A model generated the notes under the pieces. It ran no database searches. It saw nothing but the letters and a program-made list of their open reading frames with translations, and was not told where the DNA came from. The position numbers were made by a program, and so were the translations under genes. This document shows positions 40,301 through 51,721 of a stretch of DNA of 64,000 nucleotides, piece after piece. Source of the stretch: Candidatus Paceibacter sp. (GTDB lineage Bacteria > Patescibacteriota > Patescibacteriia > S139-126); assembly GCA_020724865.1 (NCBI GenBank), contig DYGA01000001.1, positions 89,438-153,437 of the forward strand, written 5' to 3'. The stretch's first letter is position 1, and each line of letters starts with the position of its first letter.

Positions 40301-41339
40301 AGACTTTAATTATTTTCTACCAACAAATCTAATTGCTCAAGTACCAGTTAAACCGCGCGACCACTCGCGGCTTTTTGTATATAATCGAGAGACGAAAAAA
40401 ATAAAACATGACTATTTTTACAATTTGCCATTATATTTAAAATCGGGTGATGTGTTAGTGTTAAATAACACTAAAGTTTTTCCTGCTAGATTACTTGGAC
40501 ACAAAGACACTGGAGGAAAAATTGAAATATTTTTACTAAAAAAAATAAATAAAAACAGCTGGCAAGTTTTAGTAGGCAATAAAAGAAAAAAATTAAACAA
40601 AAAAATTTATTTCAGTAAAAAATTTTTTGGTACTTTGATTAAAAATAACCAAGATGGTACTTGGGTGATTAAATTTAACCTTAGCGGAAATAATTTTTGG
40701 CAACAAATAAATAAATATGGCCATACCCCCTTGCCACCATATATTAAAAAGGACGCTAAACTAAAAGACTACCAAACAATTTTTGCCAATAAAATCGGTT
40801 CAGTTGCAGCTCCTACGGCTGGCCTTCATTTTACAAAAACTTTAATCAACAAATTAAAAAAACAAGGTTTACAAATAGAATATATAACCTTACATGTTGG
40901 TCTGGGCACCTTTGCACCTGTCAAAACAAAAAATATTACTAAACATAAATTGCATTCGGAATGGGTGGAAATAGGAAAAAGAACTGCTAACAGACTAAAT
41001 GCCGCTAAAAAATCTGGCAAAAAAATTATTGCTGTAGGAACAACCAGCATCAGAGCTCTCGAAGCGCTAACCCAAAAACAGAAAAATAAATACATAATTA
41101 AACCAGCAAAAAAATGGGTTAATATTTTTATTTACCCCGGCTATAAATTCAAATTTGTTGATATGATTATTACTAATTTTCATTTACCTAAAAGTTCTTT
41201 ACTTATGTTAATAGCCGCATTTCTGGCTACAGAAAAAAATAAATATTCTGGCATAACTAAACTACAAAAAATATATAAACTTGCTATTCAAAAAAAATAT
41301 CGCTTTTACTCGTTTGGCGATGGAATGTTGATTAAATGA
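40290..41339 (+). CDS. queA: S-adenosylmethionine:tRNA ribosyltransferase-isomerase QueA (start reassigned to MELKDFNYFLP)
   Basis: MELKDFNYFLPTNLIAQVPVKPRDHSRLFV parallels the E. coli QueA N-terminus. The C-terminal TNFHLPKSSLLMLIAAF motif is also present. Confidence 0.85.
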   Translation: MELKDFNYFLPTNLIAQVPVKPRDHSRLFVYNRETKKIKHDYFYNLPLYLKSGDVLVLNNTKVFPARLLGHKDTGGKIEIFLLKKINKNSWQVLVGNKRKKLNKKIYFSKKFFGTLIKNNQDGTWVIKFNLSGNNFWQQINKYGHTPLPPYIKKDAKLKDYQTIFANKIGSVAAPTAGLHFTKTLINKLKKQGLQIEYITLHVGLGTFAPVKTKNITKHKLHSEWVEIGKRTANRLNAAKKSGKKIIAVGTTSIRALEALTQKQKNKYIIKPAKKWVNIFIYPGYKFKFVDMIITNFHLPKSSLLMLIAAFLATEKNKYSGITKLQKIYKLAIQKKYRFYSFGDGMLIK

Positions 41340-41415
41340 AAATTTAACTAGCTTGAATTTTATTATTAATTAACTTATAATTTAAACACTTTATTTTTAA
41401 TTACTGAATTTTTAT

Positions 41416-43239
41416 ATGAAATCATTGAGCAAAAATTTTTTATTAATTTTTATAGTTTTTTTTGCTTTAGCCGCTTTATTTAGTTTTATTTACAACCCTA
41501 ATCAAAAAATAGATGTTGTGGGCATTAATCAACTTATTACCTATGTCAACAATGAAGAAATAAATAAAATTGAGGTTGAAGGCAATACCATTATGGTAAG
41601 TTTAAAAAATGGCGAAATAAAAAAAATTACCAAAGAAAATACTGAATCTTTTTCTGATATAGTTGCCAATTATCAAATTGATAAAAATAAATTAAATAAT
41701 ATTGATATTATTATCAAAGAAGATCCTTCAAAATCAATTTTTCTGGGAACAATTTTGCCATTTTTAATTCCGTTCATTTTAATTGCTGGCTTTATTTGGT
41801 TTATGATGCGACAAGTGCAAGGTGCTAACAACCGCGCTATGTCCTTTGGTCAAGCTATGGCCAAAGATGTTGGTCAACAAAAAATGAAAAAGAAAATAAC
41901 TTTTATGGATGTAGCTGGGGCCAAAGAAGCTAAAGAAGAACTTGAAGAAATAGTTGAATTTTTAAAAAATCCCAAAAAATTTATTTCCTTGGGGGCAAAA
42001 ATTCCAAAAGGTGTTTTATTGATGGGCAGTCCGGGAACTGGAAAAACTTTATTAGCCAGAGCAGTGGCGGGTGAAGCTAATGTTCCGTTTTTCCATATTT
42101 CGGGCAGTGAATTTGTGGAGATGTTTGTAGGAGTTGGTGCAAGTCGAGTTAGAGACCTATTTAATAAGGCCAAGAAAAATTCCCCCTGTATTGTATTTAT
42201 TGATGAAATTGATGCGGTTGGTAGACAACGAGGCGCCGGTTTGGGCGGATCACATGACGAAAGGGAACAAACTTTAAATCAGATTTTAGTAGAAATGGAT
42301 GGTTTTGACAATGAAACTAATATTATTGTCATGGCCGCTACTAATCGTCCTGATGTGCTTGATCCAGCCCTACTCCGACCGGGCAGATTTGACCGTCGAG
42401 TAGTTATTGACTTGCCTGATATAAATGATCGTGAAGCCATACTAAAAATTCACGCTCGCAATAAACCTTTAGCTGAAGATGTTTCACTGCGCAATGTTGC
42501 TGAAAGAACGGCTGGATTTTCTGGAGCTGACTTAGAAAATTTACTTAATGAAGCGGCAATTCTTACCGCTAGACAAAATAAACGCAAAATAGGAAAAGAG
42601 GAAATTTATTCAAGTATTGAAAAAGTAATTTTAGGTCCGGAAAGAAAATCAGCTGTCATTTCGGAAAAAGAGAAAAAAATCACCGCTTATCATGAAGCTG
42701 GCCACGCCTTGGTTGGACATATGCTTATTCATACAGATCCGGTACAAAAAATTTCTATTATTTCACGAGGGCGAGCTGGTGGTTATACTTTAGCTACCCC
42801 AAAAGAAGATAAACGCTTATATAGCAAATCAGAAATGCTTGACCGGCTGACTATGATTATGGGGGGTTACGCTGCAGAAATGATTGTATTTGGTGAAGTT
42901 ACTACTGGACCAAGCAATGATTTACAAAAAGCAACCTCTCTGGCTAAAGCAATCGTGACTGAATATGGTATGGATGAAAAATTGGGTCCAAGAACTTTTG
43001 GTCAAAAAGAAGAAATGATTTTTTTGGGTAAAGAAATTCATGAAAGACGTGATTATTCAGAAAGAACTTCACAAATGATAGATGAACAAATTACCAGTAT
43101 AATCAAAAGTGCTTATCATCAAGCCGTAGAAATAATAAATAAACATAAAAATAAGCTGGAACAAATTGTTGAGGTTTTGCTTGCTAAAGAAACTATAGAA
43201 AGAGAAGAATTTACAGAAATAATGTCAGAAAAAGTATAA
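41416..43239 (+). CDS. ftsH: ATP-dependent zinc metalloprotease FtsH
   Basis: Two TM helices, AAA module [18 protein letters not shown], the SRH, and the zinc site HEAGHAL. Confidence 0.95.
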   Translation: MKSLSKNFLLIFIVFFALAALFSFIYNPNQKIDVVGINQLITYVNNEEINKIEVEGNTIMVSLKNGEIKKITKENTESFSDIVANYQIDKNKLNNIDIIIKEDPSKSIFLGTILPFLIPFILIAGFIWFMMRQVQGANNRAMSFGQAMAKDVGQQKMKKKITFMDVAGAKEAKEELEEIVEFLKNPKKFISLGAKIPKGVLLMGSPGTGKTLLARAVAGEANVPFFHISGSEFVEMFVGVGASRVRDLFNKAKKNSPCIVFIDEIDAVGRQRGAGLGGSHDEREQTLNQILVEMDGFDNETNIIVMAATNRPDVLDPALLRPGRFDRRVVIDLPDINDREAILKIHARNKPLAEDVSLRNVAERTAGFSGADLENLLNEAAILTARQNKRKIGKEEIYSSIEKVILGPERKSAVISEKEKKITAYHEAGHALVGHMLIHTDPVQKISIISRGRAGGYTLATPKEDKRLYSKSEMLDRLTMIMGGYAAEMIVFGEVTTGPSNDLQKATSLAKAIVTEYGMDEKLGPRTFGQKEEMIFLGKEIHERRDYSERTSQMIDEQITSIIKSAYHQAVEIINKHKNKLEQIVEVLLAKETIEREEFTEIMSEKV

Positions 43240-43254
43240 AAATAAAAATATCAA

Positions 43255-43283
43255 ATCCGCCCATCTATTGGGCGGATTTTTAT
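43255..43283 (+). terminator. Rho-independent terminator after ftsH (tccgccca-tctat-tgggcgga + TTTTT)
   Basis: Perfect 8-bp stem and a U-tract. It is followed by an extended -10 TGtTATAAT at 43289-43297. Confidence 0.7.
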
Positions 43284-43336
43284 TTTGTGTTATAATAATA
43301 TAAATAAACTTACTATTTATAAATAATTAAAACTAT

Positions 43337-44332
43337 ATGGAACCGCTCTATCGTACCATAATCAAAAAAGCATGGGGGCAAATAAAAACCCATAAATGGC
43401 TTTGGCTATTTGGACTTTTTACTGCACTGCTAGGTAATGGCGGTGAAATTGATATTTTGTTTCAAAATAACAAATTGACCGATGCGCCAATTTTTCTCAA
43501 TAACCTAAAAGAAAATTTTGCCGCCCTTGATCTTAATGCAATTAAAGATGGTATTTTTAATGCCCTGGCCACTGCGCCCATGATAACTATTTTATCAGTG
43601 GCTTTGATACTTATTTTTACTTTATTGTTAATCTGGTTAATAACCGTCTCTCAAGGCGCTCTAATTGCCAGCGCTAGCAAATTAGATGAAGATAAAAAAA
43701 TTAATTTTAAAGAAGCTCTAAATAAAGGTATTGAAAAATTTTGGTCTATTTTAGGATTAAACATAGCTACCCGTTTTATCTTATATTTTACCTTGATAAT
43801 TTTATCCATACCTTTTGCTATGCTTTACATGTTTAACAGTTCCAATACTGCTATTACTTTTATAACTATTCTGGCTTTCTTTATATTGATTCCAATTGCA
43901 ATAATTCTTTCCTTTGTACTGAAATATGCTTTTGCTTATGTGGTTATAAAAAACCAATCCGCCGTAAGCGCTTTTATTCTGGCCTGGCGCTTATTTTTAG
44001 CCAATTGGTTAATAAGTATTGAGATGGCCATTATATTATTTTTAATAAATTTTGTTGTGGGTATATTATTGGTTATAGCTATAGTAGTTTTAGCTCTACC
44101 TTTTTTGGGTTTGATGATCCTGATGATATTGGTACAAAATGCTGTTGGTTTAAATGTTTCTTTAGGATTGGGACTTTTAATTACTTTAGTTTTATTATTA
44201 TTTACTGGTTCGGGATTAGCAGCCTTCCAATACTCAGCCTGGACAATACTGTTTCAAAAATTACTGGCTGGTAAAAACTTTCCTAAACTCATAAGACTTA
44301 CTGCTGGTAAAGAAAAAAATATAAATAAATAA
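43337..44332 (+). CDS. Polytopic membrane protein (~7 TM), hypothetical, directly upstream of pilB
   Basis: Multiple long hydrophobic helices. No GspF/PilC signature recognised. Confidence 0.5.
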   Translation: MEPLYRTIIKKAWGQIKTHKWLWLFGLFTALLGNGGEIDILFQNNKLTDAPIFLNNLKENFAALDLNAIKDGIFNALATAPMITILSVALILIFTLLLIWLITVSQGALIASASKLDEDKKINFKEALNKGIEKFWSILGLNIATRFILYFTLIILSIPFAMLYMFNSSNTAITFITILAFFILIPIAIILSFVLKYAFAYVVIKNQSAVSAFILAWRLFLANWLISIEMAIILFLINFVVGILLVIAIVVLALPFLGLMILMILVQNAVGLNVSLGLGLLITLVLLLFTGSGLAAFQYSAWTILFQKLLAGKNFPKLIRLTAGKEKNINK

Positions 44333-44352
44333 TTTTTTGGTTGTAAAAATAA

Positions 44353-46059
44353 ATGAGTAAACAGAATCCCTCAATCGAGGATTTGCTTATCAACAATGAA
44401 GCTACTGAAGACCCGCAAGACATATTGGAAGAAAAAATTTCTAATATTAAATTTAAAGATAAGGAAAAAGAAACTGCCCAAATTGCAGCCAGTCTAGGCA
44501 TGCCTTATATTAATTTATATGGTTTTGCTATTAGTCCTGAAGCTCTAGCATTACTGCCAGAAAACATAGCCGCTGAAAATAAACTGGTTTGTTTTTTTAA
44601 TAATGATCGCAAACTAAGATTTGCCACTACAAATCCAAATAATCCAAAACTTGATGAGTTGATTAAAAAAATCACTGAGGAGCAGTCGGGGAGTAGCGAA
44701 TTATATTTAATCTCGGATAAATCGTTTGATTTTGCTTTCTCTTTATATAAAAAACTTCCCAAAATTAAAAATATAAAAAGTGGAGTAGAAATTGAAGAAG
44801 ATGATTTATTAAAATGGGAATCAGAAATACAGAATTTTACCAATCTACAAAAAACTATACTTAGAGCAAACCTAACTGAAATAGTTACTATTATCATAGC
44901 TAGCTCGCTAAAAACCAATGCATCGGATATTCATATTGAAGCTGAAGAAAAAGAAGTTAAAATAAGGTTTCGTATTGATGGAATTCTTCATACAGTTGCA
45001 TCATTGCCTAGTAATTTGTGGCGACAAATTATTTCTCGTATCAAATTATTGGCCAAAATTAAAATCAATATTGATTCAATTCCGCAAGACGGTCGTTTTA
45101 CTATCTATTTAACCAACGATAAAATAGATGTTAGAGTTTCAACTGTGCCAACGGCTTATGGTGAATCAGTGGTTATGCGCTTACTCCGCTCTTCATCGGT
45201 TGGACTAAAATTTGAAGATCTAGGATTGCGTGACGAAGCTTTTAAATTATTGGAACAAGAAATCAAAAAACCTAATGGCATGATTATTACCACCGGGCCA
45301 ACTGGCAGTGGTAAAACAACCACCCTTTATGCAATCTTGAATAAATTAAACAATGAAGAAACAAAAATTATTACTTTGGAAGATCCTATCGAATATAAAC
45401 TAAATGGCATTAATCAATCACAAATTAACCATAGTAAAGGTTATACTTTTGCCAAAGGATTAAGATCAATTTTAAGACAAGATCCTGATGTTGTTATGGT
45501 TGGTGAAATAAGAGACGAAGAAACCGCCGAAATAGCGGTGAACGCTGCCTTAACTGGACATTTGGTTATTTCTACCTTGCATACCAATTCGGCAGCAGGA
45601 AGTATTCCAAGATTTCTGGCTATGAATGTTCAACCGTTTTTATTGGCTCCAGCTTTAAATGCTATTATTGGTCAACGTTTAGTCAGAAAACTTTGCCAGC
45701 ATTGCAAGCAACCAGCTAAACTAGATGAATCAACCATGAATAAAGTTTCAAAGCTATTGGCCAGTTTGCCAAAAAAATATTTAGAACAACAAAATTTAAA
45801 CCTATCAAAACTAGTTTTTTTTGAAGCTCCTGGTTGTAATTATTGTCATGGATTGGGGTACAAGGGCAGAATCGGTATTTATGAAATTATGGTTATGAAT
45901 GAAACAATTGAAAAATTAATTTTATCTGGCCAAGCTACAGAATATAAATTACAAGAAATTGCCACGCAGGCCGGTATGATAACAATGGTGCAAGACGGAA
46001 TTTTAAAAGCTTTGGATGGTATTACCAGTTTAGATGAAGTTTTTAAAAAAGCCGAATAA
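44353..46059 (+). CDS. pilB: Type IV pilus assembly ATPase PilB / GspE family
   Basis: ITTGPTGSGKTTTLYAIL Walker A, Asp/His boxes, the tetracysteine motif CQHCKQ…CNYCHGLGYKGR and an N-terminal GspII_E-like domain. Confidence 0.85.
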   Translation: MSKQNPSIEDLLINNEATEDPQDILEEKISNIKFKDKEKETAQIAASLGMPYINLYGFAISPEALALLPENIAAENKLVCFFNNDRKLRFATTNPNNPKLDELIKKITEEQSGSSELYLISDKSFDFAFSLYKKLPKIKNIKSGVEIEEDDLLKWESEIQNFTNLQKTILRANLTEIVTIIIASSLKTNASDIHIEAEEKEVKIRFRIDGILHTVASLPSNLWRQIISRIKLLAKIKINIDSIPQDGRFTIYLTNDKIDVRVSTVPTAYGESVVMRLLRSSSVGLKFEDLGLRDEAFKLLEQEIKKPNGMIITTGPTGSGKTTTLYAILNKLNNEETKIITLEDPIEYKLNGINQSQINHSKGYTFAKGLRSILRQDPDVVMVGEIRDEETAEIAVNAALTGHLVISTLHTNSAAGSIPRFLAMNVQPFLLAPALNAIIGQRLVRKLCQHCKQPAKLDESTMNKVSKLLASLPKKYLEQQNLNLSKLVFFEAPGCNYCHGLGYKGRIGIYEIMVMNETIEKLILSGQATEYKLQEIATQAGMITMVQDGILKALDGITSLDEVFKKAE

Positions 46060-46087
46060 ATAAAAATATTAAAAAATATTATAAAAT

Positions 46088-46117
46088 AAAAAACCTTGGA
46101 TACCAAGGTTTTTTTAT
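46088..46117. terminator. Bidirectional terminator (A-run, aaccttgg-atac-ccaaggtt, T-run) between convergent pilB and the 174-aa gene
   Basis: Perfect 8-bp stem flanked by A- and T-tracts. Confidence 0.7.
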
Positions 46118-46638
46118 CTTTGTTCTTGCCAATGTTTAATCTGTGCTGGGGTAGCATTATAATAACGGTAATAAATGTTATTACTCATCCGACTTATTTC
46201 ATACAAACGATAAGGGTTGCACCAGCCCATGGTTAAGGCAAATTCTAAAACAAATAATTCATCAAATAATTCTTGTAAGCCAGAAAAAGACAATATGTAT
46301 TTATCTGTGCGAATTGCGCCGGCCAATAAATTTTTCTCCGGATCTCTAAACTGCCAACTAGAAAAATATTGAAAATTTTTCTGATATAGTTTATGTAACT
46401 TTTCACTTTTTTCTAAAGATAATTGTAAATATTTTTCATGGTTTTCTTTAGATACTTTGCCCAACATAATGGCAAAGATTATTTGTCCAGTAGAAACATC
46501 TCGCAAGGAAAAATAACCTGATTGTCTTGATTGGTCAGTATTTTTAGGATGGGTTAAACAATAATGCATGGCTTGATCAAGAGCCTGAAAAATTTTAAAA
46601 AATTTTTCTTGTGGCAAAGGCAAGTTATTATAAAACAT
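46114..46638 (-). CDS. Hypothetical protein (174 aa)
   Basis: ORF only. No family recognised. Confidence 0.4.
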   Translation of the reverse strand: MFYNNLPLPQEKFFKIFQALDQAMHYCLTHPKNTDQSRQSGYFSLRDVSTGQIIFAIMLGKVSKENHEKYLQLSLEKSEKLHKLYQKNFQYFSSWQFRDPEKNLLAGAIRTDKYILSFSGLQELFDELFVLEFALTMGWCNPYRLYEISRMSNNIYYRYYNATPAQIKHWQEQR

Positions 46639-46714
46639 TTTTTACTCCTGATTATTTTTATTTTTTAAAGAAACTAAACAATCCTATTACATAAACTTTT
46701 ATTTGTCAATATAA

Positions 46715-46745
46715 TAAAAACTCGCCTTTAGCGAGTTTTATTTTA
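46715..46745. terminator. Bidirectional terminator ~140 nt after the 16S 3' end (aaaactcgc-cttta-gcgagtttt)
   Basis: Perfect 9-bp stem with flanking A/T runs. On the minus strand it follows the 16S gene. Confidence 0.7.
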
Positions 46746-46749
46746 ACAA

Positions 46750-46782
46750 CTAAAAAGTGAGAGAAACATTAAGTAAAAATAG
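46750..46782 (-). promoter_or_regulatory. 16S 3' processing-stem arm, complementary to 48417-48450
   Basis: aactaaaaagtgagagaaacattaagt and gacttaatgtttctctacactttttagttg are about 27/29 complementary across the 16S gene. Confidence 0.65.
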
Positions 46783-46885
46783 TATATAACTTCATAATAT
46801 ATGAAGACCGACCTTCTACGCTAACAAATATTTATTAACATCGAAATGTTATAAAAATTTATTAGCTCCTAGGTATATCTCCCTA

Positions 46886-48370
<1,485 letters not shown>

Positions 48371-48416
48371 AGTGAGAATTGATTGATCTCAAAATATGAG
48401 ATCTGACTCTCAAAAG

Positions 48417-48450
48417 AAATGACTTAATGTTTCTCTACACTTTTTAGTTG
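48417..48450 (-). promoter_or_regulatory. 16S 5' leader processing-stem arm (pairs with 46750-46782)
   Basis: See the complementarity described for 46750-46782. Confidence 0.65.
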
Positions 48451-48631
48451 TCAAAATGCATTTTCTAATCTGTGATTTAAGACTAGAAAAAACAGAGACA
48501 CTTAAAATTGTTTAAGTATCACTGTTTTTTCTCGTCCTGATTTGGACAATACAATATCAAATTTTAAAATTTACTATGCTTGGGGAATTAACTTAATTGT
48601 TAGCGAAAATATCTAAAATAATCGCTTTATA

Positions 48632-48660
48632 ATAATAATTAAATAAAAAAAACTTGTCAA
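48632..48660 (-). promoter_or_regulatory. Sigma-70-like promoter for the standalone 16S gene (TTGACA-17 nt-TATTAT)
   Basis: Minus-sense TTGACAagttttttttatttaatTATTAT, ~265 nt upstream of the 16S 5' end. Confidence 0.5.
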
Positions 48661-48709
48661 GCCCACCAAAAACAGAATTTTTTTATAAAAAAACTTACAT
48701 AAATTAATA

Positions 48710-49405
48710 TTACCTTTTTTTGGCCTTTTTTTGACGCCAATTTTTAATATCCTGATGGTTACCAGAAAGTAAAATTTTAGGTACACTCAACTTTTGTCCT
48801 TTTATGACAACTGTTTCGGGACGAGTATACTGCGGATACTCAACATAATTTAAATCTTTACTATAAGTTTCATCTATAATTGAAGCTCGATCTCCTAAAA
48901 CGCCTGGCTTTAATCTGGCTATAGACTCTACCAAAATCAAAGCTGGCAATTCTCCACCCGATAAAACATAAGGTCCAACCGAAATTTTTTCATCAACAAA
49001 TTTATCCAAACGCGCATCAAAACCTTCGTATCGTCCCGCTAATAAAATCAGCTGTTTATACTTTGACAGTCTTTCGGCATCGCGTTGTGTATATTGCTTA
49101 CCACCAGGAGTGAGCATAATAATTCTTGTCTGTTTTGATTTACGAATTTTTTGCAATGTTTTATATATTGGTAAAAATTTTAAAATCATTCCTGGACCGC
49201 CACCGTAAGGTCTATCATCAACAGTTCTATGCTTATCTTGAGTGTTTACTCTGGGATTATGAACGTTTATTTGAATAATTTTTTTTTGTCGGGCGCGCTT
49301 TAAAATTGACTCGTTTATATAAGTTGTTATTATTTCAGGAAAAATTGTAATAATGTCAAATCGCATAATAATATGATAACGAGAAAAAATATCTTTGCCA
49401 AACAA
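48710..49405 (-). CDS. trmD: tRNA (guanine37-N1)-methyltransferase TrmD
   Basis: MRFDIITIFPE… and the SPOUT knot motifs GRYEGFDAR and LSGG. Confidence 0.9.
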   Translation of the reverse strand: MFGKDIFSRYHIIMRFDIITIFPEIITTYINESILKRARQKKIIQINVHNPRVNTQDKHRTVDDRPYGGGPGMILKFLPIYKTLQKIRKSKQTRIIMLTPGGKQYTQRDAERLSKYKQLILLAGRYEGFDARLDKFVDEKISVGPYVLSGGELPALILVESIARLKPGVLGDRASIIDETYSKDLNYVEYPQYTRPETVVIKGQKLSVPKILLSGNHQDIKNWRQKKAKKR

Positions 49406-49448
49406 ATTCCCCCAGTTTTAACTGGGGGAGATTTGCATTGAAATTAAA

Positions 49449-49787
49449 TTAAAGCTGTAAATCAACGGCTGAGGTGTCAGCTTCAGCAGTTTCTCTTTCC
49501 TGCTTATCCTGCCGACGAGACGGACGTTGAGCGCCTTCTGGTTCGTAAATTTTTAAATTAACTCGGGCGTTATTTTTTGCTCCAACTACACGTAATAGTG
49601 TGCGGATGGCACGAACGGTTTGACCGCTGCGGCCAATAACTTGACCCATATCTTGTTGATTGATATGAAGAGTGATTAACACTCCCATTTCATCAATCTT
49701 ACGTTCGGTTTTCACATCTTCGGGATGATCAACCAACGCTTTGACGACCTGTTCGACAAAAGCTTGATCTTTTTCCATTTGTCTCAT
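49449..49787 (-). CDS. KH-domain RNA-binding protein (YlqC/UPF0109-like)
   Basis: KH GxxG region VIGRSGQTVRAIRTLL. It lies in the rpsP-(KH)-trmD neighbourhood. Confidence 0.75.
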   Translation of the reverse strand: MRQMEKDQAFVEQVVKALVDHPEDVKTERKIDEMGVLITLHINQQDMGQVIGRSGQTVRAIRTLLRVVGAKNNARVNLKIYEPEGAQRPSRRQDKQERETAEADTSAVDLQL

Positions 49788-49942
49788 ATTTAATTCTTAA
49801 ATTGCTCCCTGTCACAAATGCCTGTTGGCAGCCGACATTTTACTACCATTAGCTTGTGTATCAGGCGCGTATATGTATTATACAAAAAAAATATTATTTG
49901 TCAATAAAAACAATTACTATTATAATATAATTAATAACACTT

Positions 49943-51109
49943 ATGATGGAGAGGGAAAACAATCTATCAACTACTAGTCTGCTAAACAATTACCTTTTAT
50001 TGGCAGTACGATCTCGTGCTTCTGATATTCACTTTGAACCTGATAAAAATTTATTACGTGTTCGTTTGCGTATTGACGGCAGATTAAAAGAAGTTGGTCG
50101 CGAACCAAAAGAAACCCATTCCCAAATAGTTGCTCGGATCAAGGTTTTAGGAGAGGTAGATATGGGTGAAAAAAAACACAATATTGACGGTCGCTTTCCG
50201 ATTAAACTAGCGGGTGAAAGCCTAGATATCCGCTTTTCTATTTTTCCTACTATTTTTGGTGAAGCGGTTGTACTGCGCATACTTCACACTTCTCATATAG
50301 AATTGGGGCTAGAACCTTTGGGTATGAATAATGCTCAATTAGAAGCTTATAAAAAATTAATAAAAAAACCTTATGGTTTACTATTAGTAACAGGTCCTAA
50401 TGGTAGTGGAAAAACCACCACGCTTTACAGTTCTTTAAACGCCATCAATTCTATTGAAAAATCAATTGTTACTCTGGAAGATCCGGTTGAATATCAACTA
50501 CCTCTACTCCGACAAACTCAAATTGATCCTGATAAGGAAATAACTTTTGCTTCTGGTTTAAAAGCTCTACTTAGACAAGATCCGGATGTGATCATGGTAG
50601 GTGAAATTAGAGATTTAGAAACTGCCAAAATTGCTGTCCAATCTTCCCTAACTGGACACTTGGTATTTTCAACTTTACACACAAACAACAGCATTGGTGC
50701 ATTAGTCAGGCTTTTAAATATGGGTGTAGAATCTTTCTTGGTTGCTTATGCTACATTGGGGGTAGTTGCCCAACGTTTAGTCAAACAAATCTGTGATAAC
50801 TGCAAACAGGCCTATATGCCTCCACCAGAATTGCTTAAAACTTTAAATATTAGCTCTCCAACTGAGTTTTATAAAGGTACTGGTTGTCAAAATTGTGATC
50901 ATACTGGTTATCGCGGTCGGACGGCAATTTTTGAACTTTTAATTGTCACCGATGAAATTAGAAAATTAATTTTGAAAAAAGCTAACTTTGATGAAATTTT
51001 TGAACTTGCCAGAAACCAAGGTGTGAAAACTCTACGCGAGCACGGAGTGGAAAAAATTATTCAAGGCATTACCACTCCTGAAGAGGTAATGTTGGTAACC
51101 GAAGCCTAA
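49943..51109 (+). CDS. Short GspE/PilB-family secretion ATPase (388 aa; no long N-terminal domain)
   Basis: LLLVTGPNGSGKTTTLYSSL Walker A, Asp/His boxes and a tetracysteine motif CDNCKQ…CQNCDHTGYRGR. Confidence 0.75.
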   Translation: MMERENNLSTTSLLNNYLLLAVRSRASDIHFEPDKNLLRVRLRIDGRLKEVGREPKETHSQIVARIKVLGEVDMGEKKHNIDGRFPIKLAGESLDIRFSIFPTIFGEAVVLRILHTSHIELGLEPLGMNNAQLEAYKKLIKKPYGLLLVTGPNGSGKTTTLYSSLNAINSIEKSIVTLEDPVEYQLPLLRQTQIDPDKEITFASGLKALLRQDPDVIMVGEIRDLETAKIAVQSSLTGHLVFSTLHTNNSIGALVRLLNMGVESFLVAYATLGVVAQRLVKQICDNCKQAYMPPPELLKTLNISSPTEFYKGTGCQNCDHTGYRGRTAIFELLIVTDEIRKLILKKANFDEIFELARNQGVKTLREHGVEKIIQGITTPEEVMLVTEA

Positions 51110-51161
51110 TAACTTTATTTCAAATAAAAATATGACTCAGATTTGAGTCATATTTTTATTA

Positions 51162-51533
51162 TTATTTTTCAGTTGCTTCAGATTTTGCATCTTTCTGATC
51201 ATTTGCTGCTCCTCCTACCTCTTCTGACTTAGCTGTTGCTGGTTGTACAATGGGTTTATTCTTTATTCCTCTTGGTTTTATTTTTTTCTCATTCTCTAAA
51301 ATTTTTTGGTCAATCAAAATATTTTTAACTGTGTCAGAAACTTGAGCACCTTTACTTAACCAATATTTGATTCTTTCAACATTAAAATTGACAGTTGCGG
51401 GATTAGTGCGAGGGTTAAAATGACCAAGATATTCTAAAGCGTCTCCCCAAGGATCTTTGGTTTTTTCACTAATTACCAGACGATATTCTGGCTGTTTTTT
51501 CTTGCCTACTCTTGATAAACGAATAGTTAACAT
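51162..51533 (-). CDS. rpsP: 30S ribosomal protein S16 with a C-terminal basic/acidic extension
   Basis: MLTIRLSRVGKKKQPEYRLVISEKTKDPWGDALEYLGHFNPRT. Confidence 0.9.
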   Translation of the reverse strand: MLTIRLSRVGKKKQPEYRLVISEKTKDPWGDALEYLGHFNPRTNPATVNFNVERIKYWLSKGAQVSDTVKNILIDQKILENEKKIKPRGIKNKPIVQPATAKSEEVGGAANDQKDAKSEATEK

Positions 51534-51590
51534 AAAATTTATAAATTAAATCGTCAAAATTTGAGAGCAGTTTGACGGTCAATGTTAAAT

Positions 51591-51619
51591 AGTATAGACA
51601 GATGATTTTTGATTGTCAA
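51591..51619 (-). promoter_or_regulatory. Sigma-70-like promoter for rpsP (TTGACA-17 nt-TATACT)
   Basis: Minus-sense TTGACAatcaaaaatcatctgtcTATACT, ~60 nt upstream of the rpsP start. Confidence 0.5.
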
Positions 51620-51634
51620 GTATTACTATTAAAT

Positions 51635-51697
51635 GACTAATTTCTAATTACTAATCAATTATTTTAATTAACTAATTAGAAATTCATTAGTTATTAA
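51635..51697. repeat. Second exact copy of the 21-mer gactaatttctaattactaa, plus a near-perfect inverted copy (taattagaaattcattagt) 20 nt downstream
   Basis: Exact 21-nt identity with 12819-12839. The palindromic arrangement lies just upstream of the rpsP -35. Confidence 0.5.
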
Positions 51698-51721
51698 TAA
51701 TTAATCATTAGTAATTGTATT

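Noticed and set aside
49800-49870. Locally GC-richer 5' leader of the KH-protein gene as a possible ribosomal-protein leader or riboswitch
   Set aside because: Only short, imperfect stems were found and no recognisable riboswitch core. Evidence is insufficient.
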